A DNA stretch of 64,000 bases from Nitrospirota bacterium (lineage in GTDB: Bacteria > Nitrospirota > UBA9217). This document shows positions 35,370 through 44,192 of this stretch, piece after piece. The notes beneath the pieces were generated by a model. The model did no database searches. It worked only from the letters and a program-made list of their open reading frames with translations, and was not told the origin of the DNA. The stretch lies in the NCBI GenBank assembly GCA_963663225.1, contig OY760142.1, positions 2,976,001 to 3,040,000 of the forward strand, given 5' to 3'. Numbering within the stretch: the stretch's first letter is position 1; each line of letters begins with the position of its first letter. The translations under genes were made by a program, and so were the position numbers.

Positions 35370-37036
35370 TGCTGACGCCCTCCGGCCACATATTCATCTT
35401 GTGCGTCAATTCCCATGTCCTCCCTTCCCCGAGCTCTCTTTTCTTCAGTGATCGGGTAAATGATGTGTGTAATAAGGGAATTAACGCGTCCAAGATGCCC
35501 AATAAGGTCAAGGTGAATGTGGCTTGTTTCGATTGACTCCCGAAAGCCCTTCCTGAGCCGGTCAAGATGCGCCTGGACCAGCTCCCGTCCCATATCACCC
35601 AAATCTTCCTTATTTCTGAGAACACGGTCCGCAAGATCTCGATCGTTGGTGGCAAATGCCGAAATGGCAGTGTCGAAGTTTTCCAAAATTTTGGTATGAA
35701 ACCGGATAATCTCCTCCATGCCTTCTTTCGAGAAAACAAGTCCCTTGTCAATGCGTTTAAGCGCCAGGTGCATAATATTTCTGTCGATAATATCGCCAAT
35801 AATTTCAAGATTACGAGAAATCTCCAGAACGACAACAGTCCGTCTCGACTGTGAATCGGTAAGGTTTGAAGAAGAAAGCCGTGTCAGATAAAGCCGGATA
35901 TGACGGTCGAGAATATCAACAAGATTGTCCTTATTTTTTATTCCGGTTATGAGGGATTGATCGTCGTTTTGAAAAACCTTCACTGAATCAACGAGCATCT
36001 CCCGCACGATATCCGATGCACGGAGAGCTTCGCGCGTGGCTTGTCCCAAGGCGAGTGAAGGCGTTCCGAGTACGTGATCATCCAGATAAAGAGGGCCGAA
36101 CTTTTTTTCTTCAGCATTTTCAGGAACAAGTTTTATGATAAGCTGTGCAAAAAAACCGGTAAACGGCAGAAAAATCACCGCCATGATGGCGTTGAACAAA
36201 GTGTGAACGTTCGCGATCTGGCGGGAAACATCCGGCGTAGTGGCAAGAACCATGTCCTGAAAGATGCCCAGAAAGGGAAGAAACAGCAGCATTGCGGTGA
36301 TTTTAAAAGCAACATGCACCCAGGCGACGCGACGGGCCTCTACGGGCGAGCGCAGGCTCGCAAGCAGTGCGGTTGCGCAGGTGCCTATGTTGGCGCCGAG
36401 CACAATATAGACCGCGGTATGAAACGGTATCAGACCGCTTTCTGCAAGCACCAGCGCGAGACCGATGGTGGCAGCACTGCTGTGAATCAGGGCGGTTAAC
36501 ACAACAGAAAGCGCAATAGCGAGAAACGGAGTGGCTGTGAGGACGATAAACACCTGCTGAAATAACATATTGTTATTCAGCGGTGTCATCGCATCAATCA
36601 TTATTTTGAGGGAAAGGAAAACGAAACCGAAACCGAGGATGCTTTGTCCGATGTTTTTAAAAAGAATTCTTTTGGCAAACAAAAAAAGCGTTAAACCGAT
36701 TCCGATAAAAAGCACGGCATAGTCATACACATGAAAAGCGATGAGCTGAACCGTGAGGGTGGCGCCGATATCTGCTCCGAGAATGACCGCCAGCGTTTGG
36801 CGAAACGTCATAAGACCGGCGCTCACAAAACCGATGAGCATGACTGATGTTGCACTGCTTGACTGGACGAGTCCGGTGATAAAAGCACCGCCGCCGACAG
36901 CGAGAAGTTTGCTGCTGGTAAGAGAACGAAGAAGAGAGCGGATTTTCGAACCGGCCACATACTGGAGACCGTCGTTGAGAAGCTTGATGCCGTAAAGCAG
37001 AAGAAGCAGGCCGCCAAAGAGGCTGATAAGTATCAT
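35366..37036 (-). CDS. Na+/phosphate cotransporter family protein with PhoU-like C-terminus
   Basis: Repeated QSSSAT...GADIG and HSSAAT...GANIGT motifs; helical C-terminal domain. Confidence 0.9.
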   Translation of the reverse strand: MILISLFGGLLLLLYGIKLLNDGLQYVAGSKIRSLLRSLTSSKLLAVGGGAFITGLVQSSSATSVMLIGFVSAGLMTFRQTLAVILGADIGATLTVQLIAFHVYDYAVLFIGIGLTLFLFAKRILFKNIGQSILGFGFVFLSLKIMIDAMTPLNNNMLFQQVFIVLTATPFLAIALSVVLTALIHSSAATIGLALVLAESGLIPFHTAVYIVLGANIGTCATALLASLRSPVEARRVAWVHVAFKITAMLLFLPFLGIFQDMVLATTPDVSRQIANVHTLFNAIMAVIFLPFTGFFAQLIIKLVPENAEEKKFGPLYLDDHVLGTPSLALGQATREALRASDIVREMLVDSVKVFQNDDQSLITGIKNKDNLVDILDRHIRLYLTRLSSSNLTDSQSRRTVVVLEISRNLEIIGDIIDRNIMHLALKRIDKGLVFSKEGMEEIIRFHTKILENFDTAISAFATNDRDLADRVLRNKEDLGDMGRELVQAHLDRLRKGFRESIETSHIHLDLIGHLGRVNSLITHIIYPITEEKRARGREDMGIDAQDEYVAGGRQQ

Positions 37037-37097
37037 GCACTACTATGCCTATTTTTGAGGCATTCGTCAACGAAAAATTTCATACGCCGACGAAGAC

Positions 37098-37132
37098 AAA
37101 AAAAAGGACCGGCTTTTCAACCGACGGCCCTT
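37098..37132 (-). terminator. Intrinsic terminator after hypB
   Basis: Minus strand AAGGGCCG-TCGGTTGAAAAGC-CGGTCC followed by T8. Confidence 0.65.
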
Positions 37133-37158
37133 GCAGTGCAGCAACCAGGAAAGAAAAA

Positions 37159-37812
37159 TTACATATTCGTGACCGTTCTTTCCTGTATCCAGTGTACGAA
37201 TGCCTGTACGCCGTCTCCCGTTCTGCAGGACAATTCAAAAACTGGAGCTTTTTGATTCACTGCCCTGACCCCTTTATAGAAGCTGTCCTTATCAAAATCT
37301 ATATAAGGCATTAAATCTGATTTATTCAGGACTATAACATCCGCTACCATAAACATCGTGGTGTATTTATAAGGTTTATCATGCCCCTCGGGAACACTTG
37401 CAATCACCAGCTTAAGCGACTCTCCTAGGTCAAATGTGGAAGGACACACAAGGTTTCCGACATTCTCAATAAGCAAAATTGAGTTCCTTTTCAAATCGAG
37501 ATTTTTAACGACCGTCTTGATCATATTCGCATCAAGATGGCATCCGCCGCTTGTATTAATCTGTTGCACCGGGATTCCCAGTTTATCGATTGTTTCTGCG
37601 TCTATACTGGACGCAATGTCTCCTTCGATAACGCCAAAACCGATTTTCGATCCTAACGCCTTAATCAGCTGGAGAATAACGCTGGTTTTTCCTGAGCCGG
37701 GCGAGGCCATTACGTTAATCGCTGTAATCCCGTGTTTCTTGAAATACGTTCTGTTTTCATCAGCAAGCTTATCGTTTGCCTGCATGATGTTTTTCATGAC
37801 TTTAATTTCCAT
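37159..37812 (-). CDS. hypB: Hydrogenase nickel-incorporation GTPase
   Basis: SPGSGKT, GGCHLDA, IENVGNLVCP, PEGHDKPYKY, NKSD. Confidence 0.96.
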   Translation of the reverse strand: MEIKVMKNIMQANDKLADENRTYFKKHGITAINVMASPGSGKTSVILQLIKALGSKIGFGVIEGDIASSIDAETIDKLGIPVQQINTSGGCHLDANMIKTVVKNLDLKRNSILLIENVGNLVCPSTFDLGESLKLVIASVPEGHDKPYKYTTMFMVADVIVLNKSDLMPYIDFDKDSFYKGVRAVNQKAPVFELSCRTGDGVQAFVHWIQERTVTNM

Positions 37813-37897
37813 AATTGATCATGCCCCTTGGAGTTCATATCTACAAATCACAGTGCCGCAGCCTGAAACAGCTAAAACTAGCGACGAACAGAACGAT

Positions 37898-38239
37898 TTA
37901 TTCAACATCAATGCTTTCAATATAAAACTCTTTTCCTACACCCGTAGGAAGGCCGAACCCTCCGCACAGCGGACAGTCAAAGCCACGCGGCGGCTTCTCG
38001 AATTCATGCCCGCAGTTCTTGCACAAAAATCTGGAGGCGATTCTTTTAAACGTGAGTTTGGCACCTTGTGTAATTGTGCCTTCACTCATGATATCGAAGT
38101 ACATCTGAACCGATTCATCAAGAATCGTGGATAAATCCCCGATCACCAGTCTGATCTCAGTCACCTTTTTCGCGCCGGCCTTATTTGCCTCCTGCAAAAC
38201 CAGTTCAATCAAACCTTGTGTAACTGCGTACTCATGCAT
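37898..38239 (-). CDS. hypA: Hydrogenase nickel metallochaperone
   Basis: N-terminal MHE and two CXXC motifs (CKNC, CPLC). Confidence 0.96.
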   Translation of the reverse strand: MHEYAVTQGLIELVLQEANKAGAKKVTEIRLVIGDLSTILDESVQMYFDIMSEGTITQGAKLTFKRIASRFLCKNCGHEFEKPPRGFDCPLCGGFGLPTGVGKEFYIESIDVE

Positions 38240-38348
38240 AATAAACGATCCTTTAAAGCCTTGCCGGCAGCGTTGTTTCCGAAAAAGTCTTGCAAAGTAA
38301 CAGGACAGTAGACGGTGTGAAATTTAAAGCGTTGGTGAATAGCTCCCT

Positions 38349-38386
38349 AAAACATACAGGCGAGGATAAATGTCCTCGCCTGTATG
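38349..38386 (-). terminator. Intrinsic terminator / stem-loop after echF
   Basis: Perfect 14-bp inverted repeat CATACAGGCGAGGA-N6-TCCTCGCCTGTATG followed by TTTT on the minus strand. Confidence 0.75.
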
Positions 38387-38413
38387 CAAGTTGGAACAGT
38401 ATTGCCGGAACAG

Positions 38414-38782
38414 CTATTCTGCAGGTTTTGCAGGTGCCGCCGGTTTGGGAGGACCGATGCGTTTTACTTTCTCCCGGGTAAAGACTCCCGGCAAGTGAGC
38501 TTCATCCATCTTCAAGCAATCTTTCGGACAAACCTCAACGCACACATTACAGACAATGCATTTCAGACGGTTGAGCTCCCATGAACGCTCCACCTTATTG
38601 ACCGTAATCGCATTTGCAGGACATCTTTTTTCGCATATACTGCAGAAAATGCAGGTATTGATATTGATCTCGCCGAGCGCTCCCCGTGTATCTTTCATGG
38701 GGGGCCTTTTTTCATACGGATACATCCTTGTCGCCGGCTTTGAGGCAACATTTTTTAATACGTTTCCCAAGAAATCAAACAT
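38414..38782 (-). CDS. echF: Ech hydrogenase 2x[4Fe-4S] subunit
   Basis: KPATRMYP, CIFCSICEKRCP and CIVCNVCVEVCP. Confidence 0.92.
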   Translation of the reverse strand: MFDFLGNVLKNVASKPATRMYPYEKRPPMKDTRGALGEININTCIFCSICEKRCPANAITVNKVERSWELNRLKCIVCNVCVEVCPKDCLKMDEAHLPGVFTREKVKRIGPPKPAAPAKPAE

Positions 38783-38791
38783 GTTATTCTC

Positions 38792-39871
38792 CTACCTTTC
38801 CGTGCAGCTTATGCAAGGATCAATCGTTAATAGCAGCACCGGGACATCTGCGAGATAACTGCCAGGAATCATTTTTAAAAGCGTCGGGATGTTAGCGAAT
38901 GTCGGAGTTCTTACCCGCAGCCTGTCAAGATTCTTCGTGCCGTTGCCTTTAATGTAGTAGAGAACTTCTCCACGGGGCTGTTCGACGCGGGATATGACCT
39001 CTCCCGTCGGATTTCCCTTCACCGGAACCGCAAAGTCACCTGAAGGGATTTTTTGAATGGCAACCTTGATGAGGCGGATGCACTCAAAGACTTCTTTAAA
39101 GCGTACGGCAGTCCTGGCCCAGCTGTCGCCGTCTTTCTCAACGACCATCTGGAAATCAAGGTCGCCGTAGGCTGCGTAGCCCAGCGTCCTGAGGTCCTGT
39201 GCAATTCCGCTTGCGCGGCCCATCGGACCAACTGCGCCGAAGGCGTATGCCTCTGCGGTAGTTAAAGTTCCTACACCGCACAGTCTGTGCTTGACAGTGT
39301 AATCGTTCAGGAAGGCGCCTTCCATGACTTTCATGTCGGCATACACATCGTCAACGACCTTGACGATTTTAGCCATCTGCTCGGCCGTCAAGTCTCTCCG
39401 CGTTCCGCCGACGGTATTAATGGAGATAACGACACGCGCTCCGGCAGTCTCCTCCATGATATCCATGACCTTCTCGCGGTCGCGCCAGCACTGCATGAAC
39501 AGGCTTTCAAAACCAAACGCATCAGCAAGAAGACCAAGCCATAAAAGGTGGCTGTGGATGCGATGAAGCTCCGCCCAGATGACTCTGAGATACTTCGCCC
39601 GTTTGGGAATTTCGACATTCATCAGGGTTTCTATGCCCTGAACATAGGCCTGTGCATGCATGACGCTGCAAATACCGCAGATTCTTTCAACGAGAAACGT
39701 GTTCTGTGTAAAATCCTTTACTTCTGCAAGTTTTTCCAGTCCGCGGTGAACGTATCCGAGGGCCGGAATTGCCTCTACCACCTTTTCGTCCTCCATCACA
39801 AGCTTGAGATGAAGGGGTTCCGGCAAAACTGGATGCTGCGGTCCGAATGGTATAGTAGTTTTGTTGTTCAT
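38792..39871 (-). CDS. echE: Ech hydrogenase [NiFe] large subunit (group 4)
   Basis: PFGPQHP, ERICGICS and terminal DPCISCTER with no C-terminal extension. Start set at ATG 39871. Confidence 0.95.
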   Translation of the reverse strand: MNNKTTIPFGPQHPVLPEPLHLKLVMEDEKVVEAIPALGYVHRGLEKLAEVKDFTQNTFLVERICGICSVMHAQAYVQGIETLMNVEIPKRAKYLRVIWAELHRIHSHLLWLGLLADAFGFESLFMQCWRDREKVMDIMEETAGARVVISINTVGGTRRDLTAEQMAKIVKVVDDVYADMKVMEGAFLNDYTVKHRLCGVGTLTTAEAYAFGAVGPMGRASGIAQDLRTLGYAAYGDLDFQMVVEKDGDSWARTAVRFKEVFECIRLIKVAIQKIPSGDFAVPVKGNPTGEVISRVEQPRGEVLYYIKGNGTKNLDRLRVRTPTFANIPTLLKMIPGSYLADVPVLLLTIDPCISCTER

Positions 39872-39872
39872 T

Positions 39873-40244
39873 TTATTTTTCACCCTTCTGTACAATGGAG
39901 ATCTTGGACTGAGGATTCTTCAGTTCCTCCGGCGTCAGAAGAAAATGTCCGCCGTAATCAATGGCCATACCGGTAACGTTCAGGCCAAATAATTCTTTCA
40001 TTTCATTTTCGATAAGCACCGCACACAAATATACCGATGAGATGCTGGGGATATCCTCTCCCCGTTGTGCCTTGATGCGGAGATTCTTGAGTTGCGTATC
40101 CTTGTCAAAATGATACAGTACGTCGAGATTCCCCTCTCCCAGGTCGACACAGGTCGCCGTTACAAGCCGATAATTCTGGCTGAGCATTTTTTGTGTCTCG
40201 CTGAGAAGCTGGGCTTTGGAAATTTCCGTTACATTGTCTATCAT
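39873..40244 (-). CDS. echD: Ech hydrogenase subunit D (NuoC-like)
   Basis: YHFD...IPSIS...ENEMKELFG...IDY; position in the operon. Confidence 0.88.
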   Translation of the reverse strand: MIDNVTEISKAQLLSETQKMLSQNYRLVTATCVDLGEGNLDVLYHFDKDTQLKNLRIKAQRGEDIPSISSVYLCAVLIENEMKELFGLNVTGMAIDYGGHFLLTPEELKNPQSKISIVQKGEK

Positions 40245-40279
40245 ACCGCCTCCTTAAATTACGCGCTGGCCTTTGCTTC

Positions 40280-40750
40280 TCAAGCGATAGCTGCTTTGCG
40301 TTCTTTAATTTTTTTCTTCATTTGCTGAGCTTTTTCTTCCATTTTTCCCAGTGCTGCAACCACTCCGTCGATAAGAGCTTCCGGTCTCGGAGGGCAGCCC
40401 GGAACATAAGCATCAACCGGCACGACCTTATCTACGCCGCCTACCACATTATAACATTCTGCAAAAATACCGCCCGTACCGCCGCAAGCGCCGATGGCAA
40501 CAACAGCCTTCGGCTCCGGCATCTGATCATACAGGTTTTTTATGATTCTCGCAGTTCTATTGTTTACCGATCCCGTCACCAGCATCACGTCTGCATGCTT
40601 GGGATTTCCTACGTTCACAATTCCAAAACGCTCCAGGTCGTATACAGGAGTCAAAGCGGCTACCACCTCAATGTCGCATCCGTTGCACGCGGTGCAATTG
40701 ACATGTATGACCCAGGGAGATTTAATTCTTGATTTGCTTATAATTCCCAT
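40280..40750 (-). CDS. echC: Ech hydrogenase small subunit
   Basis: KSPW, CNGCDIE, NPKHAD, GAC, VPGCPPRPEA. Confidence 0.94.
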   Translation of the reverse strand: MGIISKSRIKSPWVIHVNCTACNGCDIEVVAALTPVYDLERFGIVNVGNPKHADVMLVTGSVNNRTARIIKNLYDQMPEPKAVVAIGACGGTGGIFAECYNVVGGVDKVVPVDAYVPGCPPRPEALIDGVVAALGKMEEKAQQMKKKIKERKAAIA

Positions 40751-40765
40751 TTTTCGTCACCGTCC

Positions 40766-41620
40766 TTATGCTTTCAGATAGAGCCAAATGATATTAACTC
40801 CGGCAGACCCGATGCCCACCAAATAGGTTGCCTTCACCATCCACTGCCATGTCATGCGGGCGCAGATATTGTCGATGATAAGCTCGATGAAATACGCACC
40901 CAGCGCGATCAGGATTCCCACCCACAGCGGATTTGCGAAAAACAATGCAATGATACCCAGCAGAATGACCAGATCATACCAGTGTGTCAACTCGATGAGG
41001 GCCAGCTGGGGTCCTGAAAATTCGGTGGTCAGTCCCTTGATCAATTCCTGATGTCCGTGATGCGAAGTCGAAAAATCGAACGGAGACTTGCGCAACTTGA
41101 TGGTCAGGACATACAGGAAGGCGAAAAATACCAGCGGCAGGCTGAACAACAATGGCGTATTGAGCGTGAATACACTCTCAATCATGAAGCTCTTCGTGAT
41201 CATATAGATGCCGATGACCATAAGAAGAAGAACCGGTTCATATGCCAGCATCTGTATGATCTCTCTCTGGGCGCCGACTTTGCTATAAGGCGAGCGTACG
41301 CTCATGGCGCCGATAATAAGTGACACAGTGGAAAAAGCGAGCACGAAAATCAGCACCAGCAGATCCTGTTTCAGCACCAGCAGTACGAGGCTGGCAATGG
41401 CAAACAGGAGATGCGCCCATACGTAAACAATCTGTGTCTGGTTTACCGCAATGTTCTCCTTGCCCAACAGTTTGAAAAAGTCATAAAACGGCTGCAGGAT
41501 CGGTGGTCCGAACCGGTTTTGGAACCGGGCAGTCAATCTCCGGTCGATACCGGACAGCAAACCACCAATAATCGGTGCAGCAACGATAGCTATAACGGCA
41601 ATAAGTATATTGTTTGTCAT
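40766..41620 (-). CDS. echB: Ech hydrogenase membrane subunit B (NuoH-like)
   Basis: RFGPPILQPFYDFFKL, KSPFDFSTSHHGHQEL, EFSGP. Confidence 0.93.
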   Translation of the reverse strand: MTNNILIAVIAIVAAPIIGGLLSGIDRRLTARFQNRFGPPILQPFYDFFKLLGKENIAVNQTQIVYVWAHLLFAIASLVLLVLKQDLLVLIFVLAFSTVSLIIGAMSVRSPYSKVGAQREIIQMLAYEPVLLLMVIGIYMITKSFMIESVFTLNTPLLFSLPLVFFAFLYVLTIKLRKSPFDFSTSHHGHQELIKGLTTEFSGPQLALIELTHWYDLVILLGIIALFFANPLWVGILIALGAYFIELIIDNICARMTWQWMVKATYLVGIGSAGVNIIWLYLKA

Positions 41621-43596
41621 CTCAGCACCACCCCGAACATTAACAGAATTATTGCAAGTGCAGTCAGGTTCATTACGAGGGTAAGCTTGTCTTCCCCGAA
41701 ATATCCCTGGAAATAGTAGTTGCGGACGATCACATCAGCGGGTTTTTCACCAGGGCCGGTAAATTGAAGGCCCCGGATGTCCGCATCGACATTTTCACCG
41801 CACAAATACGGTGTTCTCACTTCATCCAGGCGTGTTCTCCTCAGGTAGAACAGTATTGCGACAAGAAGCACACCAAGAATAACAAAGACCGACAGAACGG
41901 CAAAACCGCCGACGATATTGCCATTCCAGGCCTGGAGCCAAATGCCGCCGTCTTGGCCGCCAAGGAGGATGACTTTATCGGCAAGATGAAATGCCTTCAA
42001 CTGCGGGTCGATCAGCATGTTGTACATGGGGGCAATGCCTATACAAACGACGAAGACTCCGATCAAAAGCAGTGCCAAGGAAATAGAAATTGATTTCGCA
42101 ATCTTCTCCATTTTGTAGCTGGGCTTATAAGACATGGTAAGCACGATCCCGATCCACTTGACCCAGAACACGACGGTAAATGCAGCCCCGAGGACGATCA
42201 GGAACAGAACGAGGGGAAGATTAACTGCCGCCTCAATTGCAAGCCATTTGGTGATCATGACGCCGAACGGCGGAAGCAGCATGGAGACCGCACCGATGAC
42301 CATGATGATGGTCGTGTACGGCATTTTCTTCATGACGCCCTGCATGTCTTCAATGTTCCGGCTCCCGATCCCCTGCTCAACAGTACCGACGCAGAGGAAC
42401 AGCAGACCTTTGGATACGCCGTGGAAGATTATCAAAAGGATTGCGGCACCAAGAGCAATATAGTTGCCGATCCCGGCACAGCAAATGATCAGACCGAGGT
42501 TCGCGATGGTCGAATACGCAAGGACCCGCTTGGCGTTGCTCTGGCTGATGGCGATTGCCGAGCCGGCCATGAAGGTGAAGGCCCCTGCTATTGCCACGAT
42601 GTTGCCGAGCATGGTTCCGATATATGCCGGAGCAAAGCGAACGACGAGATAGACGCCGGCTTTAACCATGGTGCTGGAGTGGAGCAACGCGGAGACCGGC
42701 GTGGGAGCGACCATTGCGCCGAGCAGCCAGCTCTGGAACGGGAACTGAGCCGACTTCGTAAAGCCAGCAAAGCACAACAGGCCGATTGCCACCGGGAACA
42801 GACCTACGAACTCACCCGCGACAGGCGCCTTGGCAAGGTCCTCCACGGACAGGGTCCCCTTGGTATAGTAGATGATGATAATGGCAGCAATGAAAGCCAC
42901 ACCGCCCGTCAAGTTCATCCAAACTGCCCGGATGGCGTTCTTGATGGAAATTTCATTTTCATCATGCATGATCAGGAGGAACGAACACAGGGTGGTTATT
43001 TCCCAGAAGAAGTACATCCAGGAAAGATTGTTCGTCATGACAAGAGCGTTCATCGCTCCGAGGAAGCCGACAAGAACCATGAAGAACCTCGGCTGCTTTG
43101 TCTTTTCCAAATGGAGATGATGTTCGTGCTCTTTCATGTAGCCAATGGCAAACACGCTGATGATTGGTCCGACGATTGAAATGAGCAGGATCAAAACGAG
43201 AGATAAGTAGTCGATCAAAAATGCGGTTGCCGGTTCTGCTGGATGCATAAAGAACTCAAAAATAATAACCGGAATCAACTGCAGCGTCGTAAGCGTTATG
43301 ATAAGCGGTTTTTTCAGCTTAAAGCCGTAATAACCGATAACGCCCAAGAGCAACACATCCAAATACTTGATGATTTCGCCGACATTAAAAGGCAAGGCAT
43401 GTTCATCAATTCTGATGCTTCCATTGGAAGCCATCAAGAGCCTCGTAAATTCCCAGGCGACATAAAACAGCACCAGGGTATTTACTACGACGACAAAATT
43501 GCGCACGGCACTATTACGTATCACGTAACAGATCGCAGCGCTGAAAGCCGGCAACAGCGTGGCTAATGCCAATAGAACCAATACATAACTGTCCAC
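41617..43596 (-). CDS. echA: Ech hydrogenase antiporter-like subunit A (NuoL/MrpA-like)
   Basis: FFWEITT, KSAQFPFQSWLLGAMVAPTPVSALLHSSTMVKAGVY, LAYST; GTG start preceded by AAGGAG. Confidence 0.94.
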   Translation of the reverse strand: MDSYVLVLLALATLLPAFSAAICYVIRNSAVRNFVVVVNTLVLFYVAWEFTRLLMASNGSIRIDEHALPFNVGEIIKYLDVLLLGVIGYYGFKLKKPLIITLTTLQLIPVIIFEFFMHPAEPATAFLIDYLSLVLILLISIVGPIISVFAIGYMKEHEHHLHLEKTKQPRFFMVLVGFLGAMNALVMTNNLSWMYFFWEITTLCSFLLIMHDENEISIKNAIRAVWMNLTGGVAFIAAIIIIYYTKGTLSVEDLAKAPVAGEFVGLFPVAIGLLCFAGFTKSAQFPFQSWLLGAMVAPTPVSALLHSSTMVKAGVYLVVRFAPAYIGTMLGNIVAIAGAFTFMAGSAIAISQSNAKRVLAYSTIANLGLIICCAGIGNYIALGAAILLIIFHGVSKGLLFLCVGTVEQGIGSRNIEDMQGVMKKMPYTTIIMVIGAVSMLLPPFGVMITKWLAIEAAVNLPLVLFLIVLGAAFTVVFWVKWIGIVLTMSYKPSYKMEKIAKSISISLALLLIGVFVVCIGIAPMYNMLIDPQLKAFHLADKVILLGGQDGGIWLQAWNGNIVGGFAVLSVFVILGVLLVAILFYLRRTRLDEVRTPYLCGENVDADIRGLQFTGPGEKPADVIVRNYYFQGYFGEDKLTLVMNLTALAIILLMFGVVLR

Positions 43597-43764
43597 TTTC
43601 TGCTCCTTTCAAACAACCGTATTCTAAATTTCTGAAAAAAATTTAGGTAATTTAATAATGCGGATAACGCCAAGTCATGGTACCGCCCTGCTCAAAACTC
43701 GATAACATCACCTCCCCCTCGGTGAAACCCGCAAGACTCTCTTTTTATTTGAACAAATCGACGT

Positions 43765-43793
43765 ATAATATGAAATTCCACAAAGGTTGTCAA
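43765..43793 (-). promoter_or_regulatory. Putative sigma70 promoter of the ech operon
   Basis: Minus strand TTGACA-17 nt-TATTAT. Confidence 0.68.
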
Positions 43794-43945
43794 GAATAAA
43801 AACCCCTTCCAGACCGCGCCGTTGAACATTCGGAATGCTTCGAGCGTTTCTCCAGATAAAATAGACTCTTGCCCCGCATTATCGTCTTTGCAATGTAATG
43901 TGTAATGAATGAAAGCAAAAAAGTATTTATCGAAAATTCTAGGCC

Positions 43946-43962
43946 AGCAAGGAGTGTGCCAG
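43946..43962 (-). promoter_or_regulatory. Putative sigma54 (-24/-12) promoter of the ech operon
   Basis: Minus strand CTGGCAC-ACTCC-TTGCT, matching TGGCAC-N5-TTGCW with exact GG-N10-GC spacing; AT-rich tract upstream. Confidence 0.75.
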
Positions 43963-44192
43963 TGTAGAAAAAATTTATAGTATTTGATTTACAAGATATT
44001 TATGCAAGGAGTGCGACAAATGCGTATATAACAAAAATTATAACTATAACTTTTCAGTATAAATTTTGTCCGCTTCATAGTGGCGTGCATTTGTGAAGAG
44101 AATACCAGCAGGTCTGCGGCCAAATCATAATAGTAAAGTTACAGGCAGGCAAGCTAAGAGTGTCTGGATAGATCGTATATAATAAAAAAAAT

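Noticed and set aside
38414-43596. NADH dehydrogenase I or formate hydrogenlyase
   Set aside because: The large subunit keeps both Ni-binding CxxC motifs, and the six-gene set and order match Ech.
43769-43786. TTGTGGAATTTCATAT in the ech promoter spacer as a Rex/CRP/FNR site
   Set aside because: Half-site spacing and sequence fit none of these consensus motifs.
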